64,000 bases of DNA from Acidobacteriota bacterium. GTDB lineage: Bacteria; Acidobacteriota; Vicinamibacteria; Vicinamibacterales; UBA8438. Positions 1 through 10,300 of the stretch are shown piece by piece (the first letter of the stretch is position 1; each line of letters begins with the position of its first letter). The notes beneath the pieces are model-generated. The model had not been told where the DNA came from and made no database searches. It saw only the letters and a program-made list of their open reading frames with translations. The stretch spans positions 999 through 64,998 of the forward strand of contig WTFV01000076.1 in NCBI GenBank assembly GCA_011523845.1, given 5' to 3'. Made by a program: the position numbers and the translations under genes.

Positions 1-2446
1 TGATCGAGGCGAAGCCGCGCCCCGGCTCCACCTGCGCCACCTGGCTGAACGGGACCTCCCCGCCGTTCGGGGTACGGATGCGCATGTTCTCCAAATCGCC
101 GAGCGACCTGCGCTCGTCCTTCGGGTAGCGGACCATGACCCGAACGTCGTCCCGCCCGCGCTGAATGCGCTGGGCCTCCTCGCCGTAGAACGCCTGTCGC
201 ACCTGGCGGCCGAGGTCCTCGACGGTCAGCCCTAGCAGCTGAGCGGCCGGCTTGATACCGAGCTGCATCTCTTCCTTCCCGGCGCGGAACGAATCCGAGA
301 TCCCGTGGACGCCGGCGTACTCCGCCAGGCGCGCCTTGACCTCCTCGGCGGCGGCGCGCAGCCGGTTGAGGTCAGGCCCCGCGAGCTGCACGTCGACGTC
401 GTTACCGACGTCCACCGCCGACAGGTCGAATGCGACCTCGACGGCCTCGGGGATCGCTCCCACCGCCTCCCGCCACATGTTACCGAGCTGCTCGCTGGTG
501 TACCCGCGCACCTCGGCCGGCAGCAGCTCGACCGTCACTTCTCCTACGTTCGGTGCCGCAAGGGAATCCATGGGCGCCAACGGCCCGCCGCGCCGCGAGC
601 GCACCGGCTGGTCGCCGATCGCGGTCGACACGTGCCGGAAGTAGTCGACTCCCGTTTCCCGCCGCAGCCGGGCACGCAGCCCGGTGGCGCCCGCTTCGAG
701 CCTGGCGACGGCGCGCGACATCGCCTCGACGGAGGTGCCCTGCGGCATCGTCACCGACGCCGACATGAAGTCGGTGTCGATGGACGGAAGGAAACGGAAC
801 GTGGTCGAGCCGCCGAGCACCATACCACCGGTCAGGATCAGGGTCGCGAGCCCGATCGCCGCCGTCGCGTAGCGCCACTGCAAAGCGGTCTCCACGACCG
901 GCGTGTAGACGCGCGCGACGAACACCTTCAGGCCGTCGGAGAAGAGTCCCTGGAAGCGGCGCCACGGACCGGGCCTGCCGCGCCGGGGGATGTGCGACAG
1001 GTGCGCGGGCAGGATGCCGAGCGACTCGATCAGGGAGAAGAGCAGGCACGGGATGACGACGAGCGGAATGACCTGGAAGATCTTTCCGGTCATCCCCGGC
1101 ACGAACATCAGCGGCATGAACGCAGCCACCGTGGTCAGGACCGCGAAGGTGACCGGTTTGCCGATCTCTCTCGACCCTTCTATGGCCCCGCGCAGCCCCT
1201 CGCCGTGCTCTTCCTGGTGCCTGTGGATGTTCTCACCGACGATGATCGCGTCGTCGACCACGATCCCGAGCACCAGGATGAACCCGAACAACGAGATGGT
1301 GTTGACGGAGACGCCGAGTCCCGGCATCAGCGCGATTGCGCCCAGAAAGGAGATCGGGATCCCGACGCTGACCCAGAAGGCGAGCCGCAGATCGAGGAAC
1401 AGAGCCAGCACGATGAAGACGAGCACGAACCCGGTGGCGCCGTTGCGCAGCATGAGGGTCAGGCGGTCGGTCAGCCCCTCCGCCTGGTTCAGCCAGACGG
1501 CCATCGAGACGCCCTCCGGCAGCCGCGCCTGCGTGCGTTCGACGTAGCTCCTGACCGCCGCGTCGATGTCGAGCGCGCTCTGATCGCCGGTGCGGAAGAC
1601 CGACACGAGCACGGCCGGCCGACGATCGAAACGGGCCTGCTGATCGCTCTCGGCAAAGCCGTCGACCACCGTCGCCACGTCGCCCAGACGCAGCCGACTG
1701 CCGTCGGCGCGCGTCCAGAGCACGAGGTCCTCGTACTCGGCGCCGCGGTACGCCTGCGCGATCGTGCGCAGCAGGATCTCGCCGCCGTCCGTGCGGACCG
1801 AGCCGCCGGGCAGGTCCAGCGACGACCGCCGTATTGCGTCCGCGACCTGATCGAACGTCATCCTGTGCCGCCGCAACGCGACCTCGGAGACCTCGATGGA
1901 GATCTCGTAAGGCGGTGCGCTCACGATGTCGACCTGCGTGATCTCCGGCATCGCGGTCAGTTCGTCACGAACGCGCTCCGCCAGCGCCTTCAGGGCGAGG
2001 ATGTCGGTCTCCCCGGAGATGGAGATGTCGGTCACCTGGTTGCGGGCGGTCATCTCCCGGATGATGGGTTTCTCCGTCCCGAGCGGAAACGTCGTGATCG
2101 CGTCGACGTTGTTCTTGACTTCGTCCACCACCCGGCGGGCATCCGCGCCGAGCTCGAGCTCGACCATGACCGACCCGTTGCCCTCCGATGCGGTGGACCG
2201 GATCTCCTTGATGCCGTCGACGCCCTGGATCGCCTCCTCGATGCGAATGACGACGCCTTCCTCGACCTCTTCCGGCGCCGCGCCCAGGTAGGGCGTCTGA
2301 ATGCTTATTCGGTCGAGCTCGACCTCCGGGAAGATCTCCTCCTTGACCGTGGTGATGGCGATCAGGCCGCTCACCATGATGAAGACCATCATGAGGTTCG
2401 CGGCCACCGGATTCCGCGCGAGCCAGGCGATTCCCGCACCGTTCAT
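1..2446 (-). CDS. RND-family (AcrB/HAE1-like) inner-membrane efflux transporter, N-terminal ~815 codons; the C-terminus lies beyond the window start
   Basis: Not in the ORF track because it runs off the edge. The minus strand from ATG 2446-2444 reads MNGAGIAWLARNPVAANLMMVFIMVSGLIAITT... It continues through ...ISLFGFILVLGIVVDDAIIVGENIHRH... and ...AAFMPLMFVPGMTGKIF... This gives TM1, a large periplasmic loop, then a TM cluster, as in AcrB-type pumps. The + ORF 305..2497 is its antisense shadow. Confidence 0.9.
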   Translation of the reverse strand, partial: MNGAGIAWLARNPVAANLMMVFIMVSGLIAITTVKEEIFPEVELDRISIQTPYLGAAPEEVEEGVVIRIEEAIQGVDGIKEIRSTASEGNGSVMVELELGADARRVVDEVKNNVDAITTFPLGTEKPIIREMTARNQVTDISISGETDILALKALAERVRDELTAMPEITQVDIVSAPPYEISIEVSEVALRRHRMTFDQVADAIRRSSLDLPGGSVRTDGGEILLRTIAQAYRGAEYEDLVLWTRADGSRLRLGDVATVVDGFAESDQQARFDRRPAVLVSVFRTGDQSALDIDAAVRSYVERTQARLPEGVSMAVWLNQAEGLTDRLTLMLRNGATGFVLVFIVLALFLDLRLAFWVSVGIPISFLGAIALMPGLGVSVNTISLFGFILVLGIVVDDAIIVGENIHRHQEEHGEGLRGAIEGSREIGKPVTFAVLTTVAAFMPLMFVPGMTGKIFQVIPLVVIPCLLFSLIESLGILPAHLSHIPRRGRPGPWRRFQGLFSDGLKVFVARVYTPVVETALQWRYATAAIGLATLILTGGMVLGGSTTFRFLPSIDTDFMSASVTMPQGTSVEAMSRAVARLEAGATGLRARLRRETGVDYFRHVSTAIGDQPVRSRRGGPLAPMDSLAAPNVGEVTVELLPAEVRGYTSEQLGNMWREAVGAIPEAVEVAFDLSAVDVGNDVDVQLAGPDLNRLRAAAEEVKARLAEYAGVHGISDSFRAGKEEMQLGIKPAAQLLGLTVEDLGRQVRQAFYGEEAQRIQRGRDDVRVMVRYPKDERRSLGDLENMRIRTPNGGEVPFSQVAQVEPGRGFASI

Positions 2447-2462
2447 GATCGTGTACGTCCTG

Positions 2463-3176
2463 TCAGCCGACGAGTCGTCGCGAGTCGAGTTCGGTGACCT
2501 CGTTCCGATAGCGGCACCGGTCGTTGCCCAGACAGGCAACGGCGGCACGGTACCCGTTCTGAAGCCGGGGTTCGTGCAGATGGAAGCATGCAGACTCGGG
2601 TATCGGGCACGGCAGCCGGCGCACGGTCACCGCCGGTTCCAGCTCCAGCGTGACGGCCCGCGGGTCGATCTCCAGTCCGTATCCGGCGGCTTTCAGCACT
2701 GCTTCCTTGGCGACCCACGCGCGTGCGGCCAGACCGCGCCGGCTGCGTGACGGGGCCATGCTTATCTCGCGACGTTCGTCCGGCGCCAGGAAGTGCGCGG
2801 CCAGGCGCCCCCAGTCGGTCAGCTCCGACTCGCCGATGACGTCGACGCCGATCGCGCCCGCCCGGGTGACACCGACGCCGACCCAGGCCCCGGCGTGGGT
2901 GATGCTGAAGTCGAGACCCGCGACGCCGGCGTTCTCAAGAAACGGTCGGCCGCGCTTCGACAACGCGATCCTGGGATCCGATACTCCGTAGCGGACCTTC
3001 AGGACATGGCGCGCCAGGGCGCGCCCCAACAGCAGCCGCCACCGGTCACTCGCGTGCCTTAAACGCTCGAAGCGTTCGCGCTCGGCTCGCGCCAGCCACC
3101 GTGCCGCCAAGGCCGGACCGGGACCTTCCGGACCCGGCAGGCGCACGACGTACAGCGCGGAGTCGGGGCCGGACAA
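2463..3176 (-). CDS. 4'-phosphopantetheinyl transferase, Sfp/EntD type
   Basis: This is the C-terminal part of track ORF 2463..6605: ...ALYVVRLPGPEG..., FSITHAGAWVGVGVTRAGAIGVDV and WVAKEAVLKAAGYGL (W-x-x-KEA-x-x-K). I placed the start at TTG 3176-3174, just after the stop of the upstream gene (3179-3181). The start is uncertain. Confidence 0.75.
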   Translation of the reverse strand: MSGPDSALYVVRLPGPEGPGPALAARWLARAERERFERLRHASDRWRLLLGRALARHVLKVRYGVSDPRIALSKRGRPFLENAGVAGLDFSITHAGAWVGVGVTRAGAIGVDVIGESELTDWGRLAAHFLAPDERREISMAPSRSRRGLAARAWVAKEAVLKAAGYGLEIDPRAVTLELEPAVTVRRLPCPIPESACFHLHEPRLQNGYRAAVACLGNDRCRYRNEVTELDSRRLVG

Positions 3177-3178
3177 GT

Positions 3179-4231
3179 TCAGGCGGGTGCGTCCGGCGGG
3201 ACGCCGGCGCGGGCGTCGCATTCGGCCATGGCTCGCCGAAGACTCGCCGGACGCAAGTCCAGCCAGTGCTCGTCGACGTACTGCAGGCACTCCTCCCTGG
3301 GTCCCATCGGCCCCTCCCGCCTCCAGCCTTCGGGAACCGGTTGCGCCGAGGGCCAGAGGGAGTGCTGCCCCTCGCCGTTGACGAGCACCAGCAGGTGGTC
3401 GGGCGACAGGTTGCGCAGGGTCACGGGCCGGACGAACGCCGCGCCGTCGGCCACCGGCTGCCGGGTCACGTTGAACGACGGCGCGAGCGCGCGCATCAGG
3501 TCGGCCATGTCGGTGCGCGGCTGGGAGGCCAGCTCCCCGGCGGTCAGCACGTCGACCGGGACGGGGGAGTCGAGCACGGTGCGCTGTTTCACCCGGCGGC
3601 GGGAGCCCACGACGACGATTTCCTCCCTGAGCGCGTAGTCGAGCGCGAGCGGCACGCGCAGGTCCGCCTGTTCGGAGAAGGCGACGTCGACCGCGATCTC
3701 GGCGCCGGCGAAACCGGGCATCGTCACGGCGAGCCGCCAGCGGCCGGGGCACAGCGGGCCGAAGGCGAAGCGGCCGGCCGCGTCGGTGGTGGCTGTCACC
3801 GGCGGTGCGTCCGCCGCTGCGGCCTCGACGAGCGCGCCGGGCAGGGCGAGGCCCTGCTGGTCGACCACGGCTCCCGCGATCCGCGTGGGGATCAGCGGTT
3901 GCAGGGAGACGGCCAGGCGCGTCGTGGCGCCGGCTGCGACCTCGACCGCGACGCTCTGTTCGGCGTAGCCGTCGTGCGAGAACGTCAGGCGGTAGGCACC
4001 GGCGACCAGCGGGGGCAGCTCGTAGCGGCCGGCGCCGCCGGTGCGGACCGCCGAGACGTAGCCGGAGGGCGAGATCGCCTCGACTGCGGCGCCGGGCAGC
4101 GGGTCGCCGAACCCGTCGGTGACGCGTCCGAGGACGACGTCCGCGGGCTGTGCGGCGCTGGCGTGCGCGGTTGCGAGCGCGAGGAACACGGCCGTGGCGG
4201 CGGCTCTTGAGGCTGCAAAGCGTGGGAGCAT
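3179..4231 (-). pseudogene. Truncated TonB-dependent receptor paralog: signal peptide, two carboxypeptidase-regulatory-like domains and the start of the plug, with no beta-barrel
   Basis: The 350-aa ORF aligns by eye with the first ~330 aa of the full receptor at 7347..10466 (VVVGSRR..., LAPSFNV..QP..D.A..VRP..LRNL.PDH.L.LVNG). After ...LLVLVNGE it diverges into ~65 unrelated residues and stops. Confidence 0.65.
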
Positions 4232-4355
4232 CGGGGTTTGCCTCCGGATAGGGCGGAACGCGGACGCGGGAGTCTAGGGAGGCGCGGGCCGCGTGTAGGG
4301 GCCGTTTCCCGACGCCCGGTGCGTACGCTGTGCCGGGTTGTTGGTGGAGGGACCG

Positions 4356-5897
4356 ATGGACCGGATCGACGAGGCCTTGGCGGCGGCTGAGATGGCGGCA
4401 GCTGAGACGGCGTGCAGTGCCGCCGAGTACTACGGGGATCCGTCGGAGTACCCCGACTGTCCGATGCCGGGCTGGTTGAAGCGCCGGCTCGCCCTGCCGT
4501 CCGACGATCGCTTGATCCCGGAGGCTGTCTCGGCGATGCAGGCGGCTGCAGCGGGGTACCGGATCGTTCCCACGATGGAAGTCGTCGCTCGCGGGCTTGC
4601 CGACGGCGGTGATGCCGGGGACGTGTTGATGGCGCTTTCGTACCTGCTTGCTCCGCGTTCGCCGTACCAGGCGATGGCGGGCTGGGCCGCTGGCGCGTAC
4701 ACGCCTCGGCAGGCGGTCGCCAGGGCCGTGGAGCATGGGTTCAAGGTTCGTGGTCTCCGGGACCAGTTGCGCTGCGTCAGGGCGCGCGGGTGCGCTTTCG
4801 CGGAGGCGTCGGCGCTGTGGGATATTGATCCCGGGGACCTGATTGTGAAGCTGCCGGAGCCGGCCCGGACGTTGTACTTGCGCGAACGCGATTTGATCGA
4901 CGCCTGGACTGCCGCTGCCGGTCTTGCGGCTGGGCAAGTCGCCGTGGGTGGCGGCAGCGTGCTGGCGGCACGCTGGGGCCATCGGCGTTCTCTTGATGTG
5001 GATGTTGTAGTTCAGGGGACGACTGCTTACCGGCAGATGCTGCGGGCGCAGCAGGCGTTGGACGACCTTGCTCGACGCCGTGGGGCAGAGGTGTTGTGGG
5101 TGCCGCGCCTTCATGCGGTTCGCATAACGTGGCCTACTGCAGACTCGGCCATGTCCGACAAGCTCGAGTTCTTCGCCGAGGCGGAGACTCCGCCCGGCTA
5201 CTCCGAGCGAATACAGAAGCTTGAGGGTCGTCCGACGAGGACGCTCGGCACCCGGCAGATTCTCTGGGGCAAGCTCGATCGTTGCCTGCGCGTTCTTGCG
5301 CCCAAGGACATTTTCGATATTCGGGATGCAGGTCGTCGCGATGCGGATGAGCTTGTGGCAGCCGTCAACGCTTTCTCCGATTTCGCCATGCGCCAGCTTG
5401 CGCAGGCGTTTCGCTCGGACGCGGCGGCGATTGGGAGGAAGATCGACGAAGTCCTCCCGACCGTTGCGGTACTTGCTCCCGGTGATGGGCGCATCGTTGC
5501 GCAGGAGGCTGGCGACGCCATTGATCGTTGTCTCTACCGGGAGGTGACCGTCGGTGTCGACAACGGCCTGGTTCGGGTCGACCGCGTCACCGGTGTTGGG
5601 CCGCTCCCGCCTCTGCGGTGGCTGCCCGCCGAGACGGCGGTCGAGGCGGAGCGGACCGGCGTCGCTCGGTACCTTGACCGGAATGCCATATCGGTGGTGC
5701 TTGAGGACGCCGCTTCTGTTGCCGGCCGCTCCGCCGGTGCCGCGAAGGTCTGGACCGGGCGCGTCGGCGGGACGGTCGAGTGGAAGCGTCCGCCCGAAGC
5801 GTTGATGATGATGGCGGCCGAGTATGCCGGGCCTGCCGCCTCGCGCCGCGGCGCCGAGGCGGACGCGATCGCGCCGGATCGGGATCCTGGCGCCTGA
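4356..5897 (+). CDS. AbiEii/DUF1814-like nucleotidyltransferase fused to a ~190-aa N-terminal domain
   Basis: VGGGSVLAARWGHRRSLDVDVVV matches the G-G-x-A-L...R-x-S-x-D-[IV]-D nucleotidyltransferase motif. The protein is collinear with the 53367..54422 protein (LGGATALAADWRHRHSFDIDILI; ...DIFDIRDAGRRD vs ...DLFDICHAARIR). Start chosen at ATG 4356, preceded by GGAGG; the track ORF begins at TTG 4338. Confidence 0.65.
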   Translation: MDRIDEALAAAEMAAAETACSAAEYYGDPSEYPDCPMPGWLKRRLALPSDDRLIPEAVSAMQAAAAGYRIVPTMEVVARGLADGGDAGDVLMALSYLLAPRSPYQAMAGWAAGAYTPRQAVARAVEHGFKVRGLRDQLRCVRARGCAFAEASALWDIDPGDLIVKLPEPARTLYLRERDLIDAWTAAAGLAAGQVAVGGGSVLAARWGHRRSLDVDVVVQGTTAYRQMLRAQQALDDLARRRGAEVLWVPRLHAVRITWPTADSAMSDKLEFFAEAETPPGYSERIQKLEGRPTRTLGTRQILWGKLDRCLRVLAPKDIFDIRDAGRRDADELVAAVNAFSDFAMRQLAQAFRSDAAAIGRKIDEVLPTVAVLAPGDGRIVAQEAGDAIDRCLYREVTVGVDNGLVRVDRVTGVGPLPPLRWLPAETAVEAERTGVARYLDRNAISVVLEDAASVAGRSAGAAKVWTGRVGGTVEWKRPPEALMMMAAEYAGPAASRRGAEADAIAPDRDPGA

Positions 5898-5986
5898 CGC
5901 CGCCTTGCGGTCCGGCGCGGCGCGGCGCCGTTTCCGGCGCGCGGTCGTGCGGCGCCGGCGGGACCGCGCAGCCTTGGGCTGTTCGG

Positions 5987-6841
5987 TCAGCGGTGTGCGA
6001 TCACGACGCAGCCTGCGATCTTGTCGTGGAGCCCCTGCTTGCGTTCCGTGATTCCGATCATCAGCAACCCGATGCCCGCGGCGAGCACCGACAGCAGCTT
6101 GCTGAAGTGCCGCACGGAGGCCCGGCCGAAGCCGATGGTCTTTCCGTCGCTGCGTGCGACTCTGAGTTGCAGCGCCATCTTGCCGAACGTCGCGCCGCCG
6201 GATGCTTCCATCCCCGCGAAGTACAGCCAGACCAGGACCGCCTGTAGTCCCAGGACGGTCCCGTTCGACCATCCGGCTCCGATTCCGCTTACGTTCCTCG
6301 CGGTGTCCAGAAGCACGGTGCTGGTCAGTACGATCACCATGTCGATCACGGCCGCCGCCGTGCGCGGCCAGATGCCGGCGAGGGCGGTGGATGGAGCTGC
6401 GTCGCGCGGCTGCGCGGTCTCGGTTGCGGCGCCGGCCGCTGCGTGTTGTGGCGTTCCTTCCGAGCGCGGCGGCGCCTCGGGTTCGTTGTCCGCCTCCGCC
6501 GGCCGCACCTCGGCGAGCCCCTCCTCGAGGGTCTCGCGGATGTTCATCAGCCTGGTGAACCCGCAGGTCTCGAAGATGTCGAGGACGTGCGGGTTCATGT
6601 TGCACAGCACGAGCTTGCCGCCGACCTCGTTGAGCTTGCGCACGGTGATCAGCAGGACGCGCAGCGCCGAGCTGGCGGCGAAGGTCAGGTTGGTGCAGTC
6701 GATCAGCAGCCGGTGGTGCCCTCTGCGTATCCGTTCCTGGATGGCCTTGTCGAACTCGGCTATCTTTCCGGAGTCGAGGCGGCCTTCGGGCGCCAGGATG
6801 ATGACTCCGGATTGTCGTTGCTCTCGCATCTGCAGTTGCAT
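5987..6841 (-). CDS. STAS-domain anti-sigma-factor antagonist fused to a C-terminal RDD-type membrane domain
   Basis: MQLQMREQRQSGVIILAPEGRLDSGKIAEFDKAI...LLIDCTNLTFAASSALRVLL...GGKLVLCNMNPHVLDIFETCGF is SpoIIAA/RsbV-like. A Pro/Ala linker follows, then hydrophobic segments and ...LHDKIAGCVVI. The ATG overlaps the upstream stop by 1 nt (TAATG). Confidence 0.8.
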   Translation of the reverse strand: MQLQMREQRQSGVIILAPEGRLDSGKIAEFDKAIQERIRRGHHRLLIDCTNLTFAASSALRVLLITVRKLNEVGGKLVLCNMNPHVLDIFETCGFTRLMNIRETLEEGLAEVRPAEADNEPEAPPRSEGTPQHAAAGAATETAQPRDAAPSTALAGIWPRTAAAVIDMVIVLTSTVLLDTARNVSGIGAGWSNGTVLGLQAVLVWLYFAGMEASGGATFGKMALQLRVARSDGKTIGFGRASVRHFSKLLSVLAAGIGLLMIGITERKQGLHDKIAGCVVIAHR

Positions 6842-7317
6842 TACTCGCCTTCCGGGTTGCCGAAATTGTGTTCCAGCGTCAGGATGTTCCGCTCGTCGAT
6901 GCACCGGTAGTCGATCCGGTCCGCGTACTTGCGGACCAGGTGCAGCCCCATGCCGCCGAGCTTGCGCTCGTTGATGCCGGAGGTCAGGTCCGCCTCGGGC
7001 GCCTCGATCGGGTTGAAGGGCGGGCCGCTATCCTCGACGACGAGCACGAGCCTGTTCGCGAAGGTCCGCAGGACCACGTTCATGCGCGGCCGCGCCACCT
7101 TGCGGAAGGCGTAGGCCACGTAGTTGGCCATCAGCTCGTCGATCTCGAGGTTGACGCAGTAGATCTGCGCGTCGGGGATGTTGTGTTCCTTCCCGAACGC
7201 CTCGATCGTCTCCACGAGGCCGCAGATCGCCGACAGGCGCGGACACAGCTCCATGCGCATCTCGTCGATGCAGTAGTCCGCGCCGGGCGGGCGGGCGTGT
7301 GCGGTGTCGGTTTGCAT
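6841..7317 (-). CDS. RsbW/SpoIIAB-like anti-sigma factor serine kinase (HATPase_c)
   Basis: The last 158 codons of track ORF 6841..8940 read ...EIDELMANYVAYAF..., VLVVEDSGPPFNP and GGMGLHLVRKYADRIDY. These are the N, G1 and G2 boxes of a partner-switching kinase. It lies directly upstream of the STAS gene. Confidence 0.8.
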   Translation of the reverse strand: MQTDTAHARPPGADYCIDEMRMELCPRLSAICGLVETIEAFGKEHNIPDAQIYCVNLEIDELMANYVAYAFRKVARPRMNVVLRTFANRLVLVVEDSGPPFNPIEAPEADLTSGINERKLGGMGLHLVRKYADRIDYRCIDERNILTLEHNFGNPEGE

Positions 7318-7346
7318 GGCGGAGAGTGTTACCGATGCGGGTCCTT

Positions 7347-10300
7347 TCAGAGGCCCCAGCGGTACGTCAGGCGGCCGTAGAAGTACGAACCGTTGAACCC
7401 GAACGGCGAGAACTGGCCGTACTGGTTGCCGACCGTGTCGGCCGCGAACGGGTTGACGTCGGGATACTGGTTCAGGATGTTCTGGACCCCGATTGCCAGC
7501 GTCGCTCCGGAGGGGAGCGGCACCGTGAGCTCGACGTCGGCCAGGGCCTTGCCCGAGTATGCGGGATAGCTCCAGGGCGTCTGGTAGTGCCCGAGCGCAT
7601 GGGCGTTGCGTCCGTCTTCGCTGTCCCAGTACGACCCGTACCAGTGGACTCGCCCCAGCAGGGCCCAGGCGCCGGGACTGTACTGCGCCGAGATGTTCCA
7701 GCGCGTGTCGGGCAGTCCCTTTTCGAGTGTTTGCACGCGGAACTGGTCGATGACCGACGTGCGCAGGTCGCCGACCCTGGTGACGGTGTGGTTCCAGGCC
7801 GCGGTGAACGTGGCCGGCCCGGCCGTCCAGGACCAGAGAAGATCCAGGCCCTCGGTGCGGGTGGAGAAGTCGTTCAGGAAGAACCGGAACACGGGGAAGT
7901 TTCTCGCCTCGAGGATCCCTTCGGACAGGAGGACGTCGATCTCGCCGGGTCGTAGCCGGATCTCGGGGGAGAGGGCGAGCCGGTCGTCGACGTCGATCCG
8001 GAAGGCGTCCATCGTTGCCGACATCGATCCCGATTCCCAGACGAGGCCGCCCGAGTAGTTGATCGACCGCTCCGGCTGCAGAGGCTGGCCGCCCCGAGCC
8101 AGCGCCACTGCCGAGGTCGATGGAACGACGCCGTTGTTGACGAGTTCGCCGTCGATGAATGCGGTCGTCACGTTGAAGGCGTTCTGCTGGCCCGGGGTCG
8201 GCGCGCGGAAGCCGGTGCTGACCGCCGCGCGCGCCGACAGCCCTGCGCCCAGACTGCGGCGGGCCGAGAGCTTTCCGTTCAGTGTGTCGCCGAAGTCCTC
8301 GAAGCGTTCGTATCGCAGCGCGGCGCCCGCCGACCAGGCGTTGCTTGCCCCCGATCCCATCTCGCCGTCGGCGTAGACCGCGACGGACGACCGCGCCCAG
8401 CGGCCCGCCGTCGTGTCGGCGCGGTATCCGTTGAAGCCGTTCGAGCCGGAGCTGAAGCCCTGCTCGGCGTAGGGCCCGATTTCCCATGAGGGCCGGTCCC
8501 CGGGGCTGATCGTGAACGTCTCGGTCCGGCGCTCGGCGCCGGCGGCGAAGTGGAAGCGCTCGCCGATCGGAATCGCGACGTCGAAGTTGAAGTTGATCTC
8601 GTCCTGCTGGTACTCGCCGGGACTGAAGGACGTCGGCGTGTCGTAGCCGAGCGAGGCGTTGACCGTGTCGTGGATGAACTGCGAGATGCGCGAACGCCCG
8701 ATCGATACGGACCCGTCCCAGGTGGAGCCGCTTGGCGAGATGGACTGCAGTCCTGTCACCAGCCCGTGCTCGTGCAGGTCGCCGCCGAACTGCGGCGTGA
8801 ACCCGCCGGGGAACCGGCTGTACAGGGTGAAGCACTCCGGGTCGGCTTCTACGGCCGCCAGGGCCCCCGTGTCGGGAACGCTGTTGATGATCGGGACCGT
8901 GGGGCAGTTGCCGGCATGCGGGATGCCCGTGTTGGCCCACATCCGGTCACCGACGAGCAGGGTTGGGGTGCCGTCGTCCAGCCTTGGCCCCCGGAAGACG
9001 CCGCCGCGCGTGTGCGGGTGCCGGTAGTAGAACCCCCCGGTCGCGCGTCGGCGGGCGTAGTTCGCGTGGCCGTAGGGCCGTAGGCCCGACGGGAGCGTCG
9101 TTCCGAAGTTTGCGAACGTCTTCAGGTCGTCCTCGACGTTTGGAGAGCCCCACACCTGTGCCGTGTCCCGCGGCATGGGTCCGCCGGCGGCCGTGAGCCG
9201 GCTGGCGTCATGCCGTTGCACCGCCCGGTTCGTCGGTCCGGCGCCGCCGTACTCGAGGCTGAGGTTCGCGAATCCGGCGGCGCCGATCGGCAGGCCGACG
9301 TTGCCGGCCACCGAGTGCGCCGCCGCCCGGTTGCCGATGGCTGCGCAGGAGGCCATCGGACCGCAGGTCGCGCGGTCGCCGGCGTTGACGTCCCGGTAGG
9401 TTCCCGTCCGGATCTCCAGGCTTCCGCCCTCGCGCGCGTCCTTGAGTTGCACGTTGACGACGCCGGCGATGGCGTCGGAGCCGTACTGCGCCGCCGCGCC
9501 GTCGCGCAGCAGCTCGATCTGGCGCACGGCGATGGTCGGGATGACCGAGATGTTCGGGCCCTGGGAGCCGTCGGCGATGCCGTTGCCCAGCCACGTGATG
9601 ACCGCGCTGCGGTGGCGCCGCTTGCCGTTGACGAGCAGCAGGAAGTGGTCGGGGGCCAGGTTCCGGAGGTTCGTCGGCCTGACCACGGTCGCGGCGTCGG
9701 ATATCGGCTGCGTGTTGACGTTGAACGACGGCGCCAGGGTGCGCAGCACCTCGACGATGTCGGCGCTCGGCTGCTCGCTCAGCACCTCGGCGGACAGCAC
9801 GTCGATGGGCACTGCCGACTCGGTGACCGAACGCTGTCGGTCGGTCCGGCGGGACCCGACGACGACGACGGTCTCGGCGATGCCGTAGTCGAGTGCCAGC
9901 GCGATGGTGGCGTCGGCCGTCTGACCGAAGACGACTTCGGTCTCTCGCGTGCCGGGAACGAACCCGTCGATGCGGGCGGCCACCGTCCATGCGCCGGGAC
10001 GCGCGGGCGCGAACCGGAAGCGGCCCGCCCCGTCGGTGACCGTTTCCGCGCCCTCGCCGGCCGGCCCGGTGGCCTCGACGACTGCGCCGGGCAGGGCGAG
10101 ACCCTGCGGGTCTCGCACCGACCCGGTGAGCGCCGACTCGCGCTCGGGGGCGAGGCGGACCGTTATCCGTACCGTGGTGTCCGGAGAAGTCCGGACGCTG
10201 ACCGTTCGAGGCAGGTAGCCTCCGGCGTGTACCTGCAGCTCGTAGAGCCCGTCGGCGAGAGGGCCGATCAGAAAGCGGCCGGTCGGGTCCGTGGCGCCGG

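Noticed and set aside
305-2497. 730-aa + strand ORF across the start of the window
   Set aside because: It is Arg/Asp/His/Gly-rich low-complexity sequence with no motifs. It is the antisense shadow of the RND transporter, whose minus-strand reading is unmistakable.
2463-6605. 1380-aa minus-strand ORF
   Set aside because: Only its last ~237 codons (the PPTase) look real. Upstream it runs through the truncated receptor, the + strand AbiEii-like gene and the STAS gene in wrong frames or antisense. Long open frames are expected at ~70% GC.
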